This document shows positions 1-10,855 of a stretch of 64,000 nt of DNA, in pieces. The stretch is from Octopus sinensis. Taxonomy: Eukaryota. The stretch covers positions 181,102,001 to 181,166,000 of the forward strand of contig NC_042997.1 of NCBI RefSeq assembly GCF_006345805.1, in the 5' to 3' direction. A program made the translations under genes and the position numbers. Every line of letters starts with the position of its first letter. Position 1 is the stretch's first letter. The notes beneath the pieces were generated by a model. It was not told where the DNA came from. It saw only the letters and a list, made by a program, of their open reading frames with translations, and ran no database searches.

Positions 1-645
1 ATATAAAATAAAAATTATTAAATTATATTTATAATTTGTTTAAAAATATATATAACTATCAAAAAGTATTAAAAAGTTTAATATACATAAATACAGATAT
101 ATACACTTTGTATATATACATTATATATACATATTTATATATAGAACACACACACACACATATATAAAAATGAACGCAAGAAATATCTGATTCATAATAT
201 TTGTTCTCAGGATTGTGTGTTGTTTGTGGCGATGATAATTCTCTCTATGAATGCAGACAGCGAGACAAAGAACGCCGTTTGACGAACTTATAGAGGGGAA
301 TGGAGGAAATAGCATGAGTGAGGAAGACAGATACGTAAAAGAATGGGAATGGACTTGTCAAAGTGGGTTTTTGGCCCTAGCAACGACACCTTTTAAAATA
401 GGGATTTCTAACGTAGCCCACGGGCATCGTCACCTCATTTTACATATCCCTGTAAATTTTGGAGTCAATCCAACGGGATGTAGTGGCCTTGAAAGCGACC
501 CAAGCGGTCCAAACGCATTTCAGTTTTATATATCTATCTATATATATATATATATATATATATAATAAATATTAGGGAATAAATCCAAATTTACAGGGAA
601 AAAATCAGATTTAGGATTAAATCCAATTATAGTAAAAATATATAT

Positions 646-788
646 ATATTAATTAGAGACAAAACCACTATTTTGCAAAACAAACAAGGAAAGACTAATC
701 AATACATAAAATTTTATTAAAAATTTATGTATTGATTAAGTCTTTCCTTGTTGTTTTGCAAAATAGTGGTTTTGTCTCTAATTAATAT
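646..788. repeat. Long near-perfect inverted repeat (~68-bp arms, ~7-nt loop)
   Basis: 646-713 (ATATTAATTAGAGACAAAACCACTATTTTGCAAAAC...) is the reverse complement of 721-788 with 1-2 indels. Confidence 0.9.
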
Positions 789-879
789 TATATATAGATA
801 TATATTATATATATATATATATAATATAGATATATATTAATATATATATATACAATATTGTTACATTACTCGGTAGTCA

Positions 880-942
880 AGATAAAACTCTGAGTTTCAG
901 ATGCCGAAGTGGAAATCCACAACACCATCTCTTCGGTTATCT
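880..942 (-). ncRNA. Type I hammerhead-ribozyme-like motif, U4C core variant
   Basis: Minus strand AGATAA-CCGAAGA-GATG...CATC-T-GAAAC-TCAGA-GTT-TTATCT: stems I, II and III present, sense to the PLE ORF. Confidence 0.5.
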
Positions 943-1230
943 GGCTATTTGAAAACGTTATGAAAAAATACCGTTAAAAATGAAGGGAAATTACTCTGTT
1001 ATAACTCTGCTTTGCCTGCGTACTTATACATCGCTCGCATTTTTCGTCATAAAAATTATATAAAAATATAAAAATATATAAAAATATATAAAATCTTCTT
1101 GGGACATAACACAGACAAAGCATGTTCTATCCGTTTTCTTTAGGGGACCAAAACGTACGTAACAGAAATTTAGTCACATGTGGGCATGATCCGAAAAGCT
1201 CTGTCCTTGTATTTAGACATGTGGTAGGGT

Positions 1231-1566
1231 CTAAGCTGCTTTTCCAGATAAGCCATCTCTCCATGTCGCATAAACCGCACCTTCCGCTGCCGTTAGTATA
1301 GGGCTTACATCTGGCCAAAATCTTCCATTGTATGTATAATCGACACCTTTATCTCTTAAAGACCAAATATGATTGGATAATTGTGTCGCTTTTCTTTTGT
1401 TCCAGTGCCTAAAGCTCAAAGTGTGGTTATTGAACCTGGCCTTGAAATTACCCTCTGTCAGGCCCACGTATTTCTTCGTCGAAACGGTGTCTTTAGTGGT
1501 TATAGAGTTTACGGTAGCTTCATATATGATGGTCTTGGACATGCAAGCTCCATTTAGCGGGCACAA
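1231..1566 (-). pseudogene. PLE GIY-YIG endonuclease (frameshifted from RT)
   Basis: CPLNGACMSKTIIYEATV...KKYVGLTEGNFKARFNNHTLSF. Confidence 0.85.
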
Positions 1567-1614
1567 TTCTTTATTCCTGCATGAACAGCTGTTTTCTTCT
1601 TGTGTTTTTGTATG

Positions 1615-2697
1615 TTATGATTGATATGTTTTAAAATTGGTAGTTGAACTAAAACTAATTTTTAAATTGTGTCTATTGAAGAGTTTCCTATAAGCATGGT
1701 TAACTGGAAAATGTCTATCTATCAGTGCTAGGAAATATTTACCTATATTGAAGGCCACCTCGGGTGAGTAAGGGGGCGTGAACCAGATGACCTTCCTATT
1801 TCTATTATTCCTTTTCCTTATTGTTGGGCTGGTGATAGGTGTATATTTTATTTTTTCGCTAAAACCACTATCTTTTAAAGCTTTATTATAAACTGGGGCA
1901 ACGCTATTGAAGATGTCCTCATTAGATGAGAGGCTAGAAATCCTCTTACTAATATTTTTAACTAAATTTTTGAATACTATAGGGGGATGGCATGAACCTA
2001 CATTAATATAACTTAGTCTATCATTGGGCTTCCTATAAGGCTTATAAATATTATTATTAAGATCTAAGGAAACGTCTAAGAAATTGACAACCGTCAGGTT
2101 AGTGTCTATAGTTATACTAAGTCCGAAGTGTTTCATTAACTGGATAATATCCTTCCTAAAACGATCTTGTGCTGGTCCATTTGTATTAGCTGTTAAGGCG
2201 AGGGCATCATCTTTGTAGATGGCGAAATGTACGTTAGGGAATGTCTTACCGAAGGTATCTAGGAGAAAGAGTCCAATTAGATCACAGATGCCTGCCCCAT
2301 CATATGAACCCATGCTCACATCGAAAGCGCCCTCCGTGTCGGTGTTTTTTACCCACTTTGCATTCTCACTGAAAAGTAATGTCTTTCTAGCATGGAAGAT
2401 TATATCCTTATCATTGGTACTAATTTCTATGAAGTCACTAGCGAAGATTAGGGCTTTATCTAGCAGTTCTTTAGAGATAGAGGCATAAAAATCAACAATA
2501 TCGAATTGTGTAAACCTCGCTTTTTTCTTATTCTTAATAGCTTTAAACCAGTCTACGACTTCTATACTATTGGACCATTGCATTAGCCTAGTATCGGTCT
2601 TAATTTTCGTATTTATTTTATCTAAAATTTCTTTGCTAATAATCCCTAGTTCTGACTTGGCTGGGTTGATAAGCCTACATTTATAGATAAATTTCCT
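1615..2697 (-). pseudogene. PLE reverse transcriptase
   Basis: CRLINPAKSELG, FDIVDFYASI, MGSYDGAGICDLIG, YKDD, FLDVSLDL, SCHPP motifs; frame stays open upstream of the listed ATG to 2697. Confidence 0.92.
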
Positions 2698-2757
2698 CTA
2701 TTTACATAATATTGAGGTCTCTTCTTTCTTTTGTATCTTACCGTTTTATCAATATAT

Positions 2758-2795
<38 letters not shown>

Positions 2796-2796
2796 G

Positions 2797-2849
<53 letters not shown>

Positions 2850-2879
2850 AAATAGTAAAAAGTGAAAAAACTACAGAAG

Positions 2880-3744
2880 GCTTGTTTTAAAGGGTTAAAA
2901 AATGTATATTTGAGTCAATATGTCTGAAGAATATTATAAATTTTTTCTTACAATGACATAGTTTAGAAGAAATGACCGGTTTCGCGTTCAGCTTTTCAAA
3001 TTCCTTACATCGTTATGTTTATGTTGAATAGAGTTATCGTTATGTTTATGTTGAAAAGAGTTCTAGATAAGGGGAGGTAATAAGTGATTTCTTCCGGTGT
3101 AAGGGAGATAATCGCTTAAAATTTTTTGCCTTTCCTTTGGGGTGAATTTCTCTGTATAAGTATGTTGGAACGGTTAAGTCTGGGCTTGTACTTTTCAATG
3201 AAGAATGTTTCCTGTTTAATCTAATTGTGTTGCTGTTCCGATAGCACATTGGTAAAATGGAAAGATAAAAAATTGTGGTAGGTAGTAGTTGCTGCGCATT
3301 TCTCAATGTGCTCACTAAAAGGTATCATTCTGTATTCTGGGAATGCAATCTGTTGTCGATGCAGTGTGCATCTACGTCTGAGTGATAGTCCCGTGGATCC
3401 CACGTAGTCTTGGTGGCAGCCCGAGCATTTTATGACATAAATTATGTTTTCAGAGGCACAAGTAAAGTTAGATTTGATCTTGAATTTCTGTCCCTCTTTG
3501 AAGAGGAATTCTGATCCTTCTAGCAGGTTGGACATGTTGCACAGTTTTCGGTCTACCACATTTTTTTTTTTGCATCCGTAATTCAGAAAACAATTTTGCC
3601 TTTGTGAGAATCTTTTTAAGTGATTTAGGTTGTTTGTAGCTTTTAATGATTTGGTGTATGTTTAGAATTTCCTTTAATTTGGGATCCACGGGACTATCAC
3701 TCAGACGTAGATGCACACTGCATCGACAACAGATTGCATTCCCA
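2880..3744 (-). mobile_element. PLE 3' fragment (RT thumb/linker plus GIY-YIG) with short inverted 5' duplication
   Basis: DPKLKEILNIHQIIKSYKQPKSLKKIL (3590-3690); FTCASENIIYVIKCSGCHQDYVGSTGLSLRRRCTLHRQQ (3221-3559); 65-bp inverted copy at 3680-3744. Confidence 0.85.
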
Positions 3745-3874
3745 TATAAATAAATAAAACTCTTCCTGTTCAAAGTCCTCTCTAATGCTTGGCATGACAG
3801 ACTGTTGGCAGCAATGTATACATTTTTTGGGACACCCTGTATATATAATATATATAATATATATATATATATCC

Positions 3875-3968
<94 letters not shown>

Positions 3969-3970
<2 letters not shown>

Positions 3971-4268
3971 AGGCGCAATGGCCCGTGGTAGGGCAGCGGA
4001 CTCGCGGGCGTAGGATCGCGGTTTCGATTCCTGACCGGGCGGTGTGAGTGTTTATTGAGCAAACACCTAAAGAGCTCCACGAGGCTCCGGCAGGGGGTGG
4101 TGATCCCTGCTGTACTCTTTCACCACCCTTTCTCTCACTCTTTCTTCTGTTGGCCTGCTCGCTTAGCCAGCGGGGTAGCGTCATTCGAAGGCTAAAACAA
4201 TGCGAACGCATTGTGACCAGCGATGTGTAACAACATCTGATGGTCTGGTCGGTCACGTGATCACGTGA
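3969..4268 (+). mobile_element. tRNA-derived SINE (head type 1, structured 3' tail)
   Basis: A box TGGCCCGTGG and B box GGTTTCGATTCC; head and body shared with 53091-53400 and 18329-18635. Confidence 0.85.
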
Positions 4269-4277
4269 GATATATAT

Positions 4278-4312
<35 letters not shown>

Positions 4313-4588
4313 GAGAGGCTTGCTATCCAGAGGACCCAAAAAGCAGGTAAGGCTATGTAAGTGCTACGGAAGAACTACTGTTAGACTCCCGGTTCGATAA
4401 TAGTATGAGTGAGAAGTCACGCGGTTCGTGTGTGACCGTATATATGTTGTACAATAAAATGAGACAACAAAGCCAAGACAGTGTGAAATTTCTAGGACAT
4501 TTATAAAGAGAGAGGTAGTCTCGTTCTAGAAATTTCACACTCCCTTGGTTTTTTGGTCTTATTTTATTCAACACACACACACACACAC

Positions 4589-4620
<32 letters not shown>

Positions 4621-5329
4621 GTATGCAGTTAATTGAAAGATACCTCATCTTTTATGTCGTGTTGTAGAACTGAATATAGAGCAATGGCGATGAGGCTTTC
4701 TTGAAACGCAATCAGAAAATACTTTTATTTATATACTTTAGACGTGAACTCATCTAACACGGTAATGTGAATTGACAAAGATCTGGCTACTGTTGATGGC
4801 AGGTCGGAAATGTCTTTGGTGACATGTTTGTTAACTTCCGATAGCAACAAAAATAAATGCGACAAACTATTAGAAGCTTTCAACATCAAAGTGGCAGTCA
4901 CGTCCGTCATACATAAATTAAAACTCTTTTCCACACAAACAGATATACACATTTGCAAAGCACTGTTTTTCGCAAACTTCCACTATATATATATATGTGT
5001 TGGTATGATTGTGCGTACGTCTCATTTGCCTGTGTATGTGTGTGTGACTGTCTGTGTAACTGTGTTTGTTTATTTCGATCACATACTTTCATAAATATAC
5101 CTGTGTGGGTGTGTGCATATGAGTGTTTGATGTGTGTATATGTGTGAGTGTATGAAGACAGAGACAGACAGAGAGAATTATATACGCATACTGACACACA
5201 CATACACACATATGTATGTATTTTCTGTATCATATTATTGTTTCAGAGTGATCTCTTTCTGCTCGTGTAAATTTCAAATGATATTTTATCAATTAACATG
5301 ATGAGGGCGAGGTAATTTACATAAATACA

Positions 5330-6330
5330 TATATGCTCCTGCCCACGCTGTCGCACTTGCCCTTACTCTCCAACACCACCCTCCTCACCGGCACCATCAT
5401 CGACTCTATCACATCACCGACTCCTTCACCTGCACTTCTAACAAAGTCATCTACTGCATCTCCTTTCTCTCTCTGCCCTTCTCTATACATCGGGCAAACA
5501 GAACGCCACTTGGCTGCCCGGCTCGCGGAACACCTCCGAGAATCCGACTCGGCAATGACACCCTGGTCTCGCGCGATTTCCGCTCTACCGGTCACTCTTT
5601 GCAACGCCTGTCCTGTTCGGATTATCCTTGCATTGGGGCCATCCGGACTCTTGTTTGTGCCGTGAACAGGGATTAACCTTCTCTCATCGCTCCTTTGCGC
5701 CACGTGAGCTCAACTCTCATCTTCTCTTAATCTAACCTCCCCCCTCATACGCACTTCCTCCCACGCACCTTCCCTTTCTTGCTCCGACTCCCACATACTC
5801 TCTTCACTCCTACCTACCTTCTCCTTCTCCCCTTCTTTCGTCACCCCTCCCTGGTAAGCACACTCCACCCCTACACATTCCATCCCCACCTTCCCTACCC
5901 TTCCCCATCCCACCCCACCCCATATCTTACACCTACTCCCGCATACGCCTCCTTTACCCCACCGTCAGCCTAACACACACCCTACCCTTGCTTTCCCTAC
6001 TCTCGCCTCCCCACCTCCCAACACCCTCAAAGTACACCACACACCACTACACCTTACACTACCATAGCACTCAGCACATCACATTACAACACACCACCAC
6101 GCACACATCTGCACTGACCACTTCCTAAACCCACATTTTACATACGCACGCGCACCTTTGTTTGGGGATAACCACTACTTTATTATCTCCCCTTCTCCCT
6201 AGCTCTTCTCTTCGGCATTCGCCATGATAGATCTTTAGCCACTACACATTCACTATTTTCTCTCCTTGTATCTTTCTGTGTTCCTTTCTGTGGAAGAGCG
6301 TAGGCTCGAAACGTTAAAGATCTTTTCACT
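5330..6330 (+). mobile_element. PLE 3' end: decayed GIY-YIG, C-rich tract, hammerhead-like motif
   Basis: LCPSLYIGQTERHLAARLAEHLR at ~5470-5540; 6220-6320 is homologous to 56681-56791 and 60631-60668. Confidence 0.8.
6283..6320 (+). ncRNA. Minimal hammerhead-like motif, A6U core (copy 1)
   Basis: CCTTT-CTGTGGA-A-GAGC-GTAG-GCTC-GAAAC-GTT-AAAGA. Confidence 0.55.
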
Positions 6331-7160
6331 ACACATATATATACATATATATATATATTAATATATATATAGATATATATGATATATAATATATATTTTA
6401 TACATATATAGATATATATATACATGTTATATATATATATATATAGTATATATATATATATATATATTATATATACATATAATATATATATATATATATT
6501 CTATATATATTATATATATATATATATACATATCTTTATGTATACATACATATATATATATACATACGTACGTACATTCATTCATACTACATACATAAAT
6601 ACACCTATCCATGCTCATATGTGTAGAATATTCGTGTGTGAGTAAAAAGAATATCTTTTCTTTTCAACTCGTTTTGGAAACGCAACTACTTTCTCTGATG
6701 TTGCACTTGTCTAGCCAAAATAACAGTTGGAATTTACTAGTAGGCTAACTATGCGCCTATAACAAAGAGAACTAGCAACACACTACATCACACAATATCA
6801 AATAAAGCTGGTTAATCAAACATTAACGGAAAATTCTTCCGCACTTTATCGTCTTTCTCACAGAAATGGAACACTAGCTATGGTAACAACATTGATATCG
6901 CAGCCTTTGCTTACAATTGACATACACATACACACGATAAAATTGCAAACTGAATGGTAGAGAAATCTAACATCGCACTTTTAAGTTATAGTAGAGGGCG
7001 TCTACTATAAATATGGTTGCACAAAAGTCAATAAACGTTATCATCCTGAAGATGTAGCTTAGATATCCAGGAAAATTTAATTATAAAATGTACATAAAGA
7101 AGATATTTCAGAAGTTTTATTGTTGCAAATGATCTCAGGTATCTCTTAAATAGTTACGGT

Positions 7161-7481
7161 GAAGGTGCGTGGCTTAATGGTTAGTGTACTCGGTTCACGA
7201 TCGTAAGGTCGTAAGTTCGGTTCCCAGCTGCGCTTTGTATCTTTGAGCAAGACTATTTACTTCACGATGCTCCAGTCCATCCAGCTCGCAAAAAGGATTT
7301 GTACCAGAAATTTCAGACAGTCAACGTTATCACATTTTTTGTCACGTTGAATCTCTCTGAGAACGATGTTGAATATATGCGTGCCTTTGGAGTGCTTAGT
7401 CACTTGCATGTTAATTTCAGGAGGAGGCTGTCTCATTGATCGGATCAGCTGGAACATGTCGCCATTGTAACCGACAGAGTA
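7161..7481 (+). mobile_element. tRNA-derived SINE with CORE-like central domain
   Basis: tRNA-like head GTGGCTTAATGGTTAG...GTTCGGTTCCC, then TCTTTGAGCAAGACTATTTACTTCAC...GCTCCAGTCCATCCAGCT. Confidence 0.7.
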
Positions 7482-7599
7482 CTAGTTATTTTTATATAGA
7501 TATGAGAAAACTTTAACAAAATGGTTCAACATAATATAATATATACATACATGCATACATTTATGTGTGTGTGTGTGAATGTCATGCGTATATATGTAT

Positions 7600-7983
7600 G
7601 ACTGTGTGGTAAGTAGCTTGCTTACCGACCACATGGTTCCGGGTTCAGACCCTTGGGCAAGTGTCTTCTACTATAGCCTCGGGCCGACCAAAGCCTTGTG
7701 AGTGGATTTGGTAGACGGAAACTGAAAGAAGCTTGTCGTATATATATATATACGTGTGTATATATGTTTGTGTGTCTGTATTTGTCCCCCAAATATCGAT
7801 TGACAACCGATGCTGGTGTGTTTATGTCCCCGTAACTTAGCGGTTCGGCTAAAGAGACCGATAGAATAAGTACTAGACTTACAAAGAATAAGTCCTGGGA
7901 CCAATTTGCGCAACTAAAGGCGGTGCTCCAGCATGGCCAGTCAAATGACTGAGACAAGTAAAAGAGTAAAAAGAGTAAAGAGT
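7600..7983 (+). mobile_element. Abundant octopus-type SINE with internal microsatellite
   Basis: Near-identical to copies at 11117, 15888, 19377 and 33159; ends in (AAAGAGT)n. Confidence 0.9.
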
Positions 7984-8270
7984 ATACATTTATCCTTACA
8001 GACATATGTGGGCGAGTGTATATAAACGCGAGTGCCTGCGTGAATATGTTCAAGTGTGTTTCATGTAGATAGAAATTACATTCTTCATGTTACGAATCGT
8101 TTATATACAAAACTTCAAACAGACCTCCAACTATTCTAGTTGTGTGACTTCACTCGTTCATGACAAAGTATTATATCATGAAAACTGAAGCAATAACCAT
8201 CTTATGAATTCAGTTTCTTTTAAGTTGACACACGCGCGCGTATATATGTTTGTATGCATGTATGTATGTA

Positions 8271-9551
8271 TCAGGTCATCACATAAGTTCTGTCCGATTT
8301 TACCTTTTTTAAAATTGAATGAAATCTAATAGTATTTTAGAATGTCTAATGGAATTTAAAATTATTTTTATGCATTTGTGTACATTTAAACTAATTAAAT
8401 ATTATTTTACAGAATAACAAAATTAATATTTCTTTGATTAAAACCCTTTCTACCATGGACGTATCCAAAGAGCTTTTAAGGCACATAATGCTTTATGAGT
8501 ACAAAATAGGAAACTCTGCAGCCGAAGCGACTCGAAACATACACTCAGTTTATGGGAAAAATGCTTGAATGGAAGAACTTGCGGAAAATGGTTTGCAATA
8601 TTCAGAAGTGGAGATTTCTGCCTTGAAGATGAAGATTGAACAGGACGTCCAGGTGAGTTTGATGATAAGCTCCTTGGGGCATTACTTGACGAAAATTTTG
8701 CATTATCAGTTGAAAAAATGGCAATAAAGCTTAGTTCAAACCATACAACGGTTCATCTCATCTTCAACAACTTGGAAAGGTTCCTAAACTTGAAAATGGG
8801 TGCCTCATGAATTGTCCGAAAACAACCGCAAATCCCGAGTTGACATCTGCTCTTCTCTCCATTCTGGCGAACTCATTTCACCCTTTTAGGATAGACTTGT
8901 GACTGGTGACGAAAAGTAGATCTTCTATCGAAATGTTAAACGTTGTAAACAGTGGCTTGGTAAAAGGGAAAAAGCTCAACCACAATCGAGAAGGGAACTT
9001 CATGGAAAAAAGGTTCTTCTCTCTATCTGGTGGGATTGCAAAAGAGTAATTCACTTTGAATTGTTACCACCTAATGCAACAATCAATGCTCAAGTCTACT
9101 GTTAGCAATTAGAGCGTTTGAATCAAGCTTTGAAGAAAAAAGACCCGCTTTAGTGAATCGAGAGGATTGATGTTTCATCAGGACAATATGACCCCACGCT
9201 GCAAAGATCACATCAGAGAAGATCGAAGAGCTTGGTTGGGAAACAATTTATCATCTACCTTATTCTCCCGACCTTGCTCCTTCAGACTACCATTTGTTTC
9301 GTAGTTTACAGAATCATTTGGGGAACATAACATTCGCAAGCCAGGTAGAGGTCGAAACAGACATTTCTGAGTTCTTCGCTTTGAAACCAAAATAGTCTTA
9401 CATTGATGGGATTAAAAAGCTTGTAAATAGATGGATGGAAGTAATAGATAATCAGGGAAAGTACAGTAATGATTAAATTTAAATGAAATATAACAATTGA
9501 TCACTTGTTTTCGTTATTCAAAATTCGGACAGAACTTATGGAATGACCTGA
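8271..9551 (+). mobile_element. Full-length (1281 bp) decayed mariner element
   Basis: TIRs TCAGGTCAT(CA/TC)CATAAGTTCTGTCCGA at both ends; left TA; internal transposase remnant. Confidence 0.92.
8455..9476 (+). pseudogene. Mariner transposase pseudogene
   Basis: MDVSKELLRHIMLYEY..., WVPHEL, VTGDEK, HQDN, PYSPDLAPSDYHLF motifs with stops and frameshifts. Confidence 0.92.
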
Positions 9552-9576
9552 CACGTACATAAGTATTTGTATACAT

Positions 9577-9665
9577 ACGAGCCGGTGCTCAAAAAAAACT
9601 GGAATTTTGCAATACTATTTTATTCACTTAGTTTTACATATTTTCACTTTTATCGCCTTCAAAGG
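9577..9665 (+). mobile_element. Mariner-like terminal fragment
   Basis: TACGAGCCGGTGCTCAAAAAAAACTGGAATTT...ATCGCCTTCAAA resembles mariner left ends (recalled similarity). Confidence 0.45.
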
Positions 9666-9667
9666 TA

Positions 9668-9866
9668 TAAGCACGTCTTGTCTTTAGGAAGAAAATGGAC
9701 AGAAAGATAGATTTCCTTTGTCACGTGTCAGCGATGAAAGAGTCAATGAGGAAGAGTGAGAGAGAGGGAACGGTGAAGAGGAGAGGAGAGGAGAAGAATA
9801 TACAAGGGTAGGAGAGAAAACCAGAAAGAATTAAGAACAAGAGAGGAAGTGGACAAGACGTGCTTA
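9668..9866. mobile_element. 199-bp MITE with 15-bp perfect TIRs and TA duplication
   Basis: TAAGCACGTCTTGTC / GACAAGACGTGCTTA, each flanked by TA. Confidence 0.75.
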
Positions 9867-10299
9867 TACCTCTCTCCTTCATAAGCTCGTCTTCATATCG
9901 TTCATGATAATTTTTCTATCGTCTTGGCTTAACAGCCTCACCGTTTGTTTTTACTATCTTGTTCTCATTGTCACGTTCTTGTTATCACTTTCACCAGCTG
10001 CAAAAAATCTCAAATGTTATTTAATTTGCTTTGCGGGAAGGACTGTTTCAACGAAATCGCGTATTGTCCTTACCTTGGAATCGCGGAGTAGATGAAACAG
10101 GGACAACTGATAAAGGGCAATATTCTTTATGTTCCATGTCACGTTTCTCTGTTTGTTTTCTTTTTCGTTGTTCGAAAAATGTTGTTTTCTATGTTTTTGT
10201 TTTTATGTTTTCGTTTCTCATTGTGTTCAACTATTCTTTTTATTCCTGTACCGATATATGCATGTATATATACATATATATGCAGGCATGTAGATACAC

Positions 10300-10600
<301 letters not shown>

Positions 10601-10812
10601 AGTGGTATTCAGAACGGAGGTAGTCAGGGTTTGGATAAAAATCTATATATTTAGTGCTTTCGGCCTTTTTAGGGATTCACCATTAATGATTTGTATAGAA
10701 AATACATACTTTTTATATGTATGAGTGAGTTGGGAGAAAAATCTGGAGTTGAATTTGTCTTTCTTTCTTTCATTTTGTTTGTTTAGAAACTCACAACACG
10801 CACGTACTTGCG

Positions 10813-10855
<43 letters not shown>

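Larger units (their letters stand above)
860..2750 (-). mobile_element. Penelope-like retroelement (RT plus C-terminal GIY-YIG), 5'-truncated
   Basis: RT ORF followed by GIY-YIG ORF, then a 3' UTR with a hammerhead-like motif; flanked by (TA)n tracts. Confidence 0.9.

Noticed and set aside
251-565. 104-aa ORF
   Set aside because: No domain similarity, runs into (TA)n; more likely non-coding PLE-associated sequence.
3969-4040. tRNA genes at SINE heads (also 7161, 18329, 43492, 53091)
   Set aside because: Followed by SINE bodies and tails; no intact cloverleaf or terminator.
10090-10200. CTGATAA...CGAAA hammerhead-like spacing
   Set aside because: Core mismatch and no stem III or NUH site; at most a decayed repeat.
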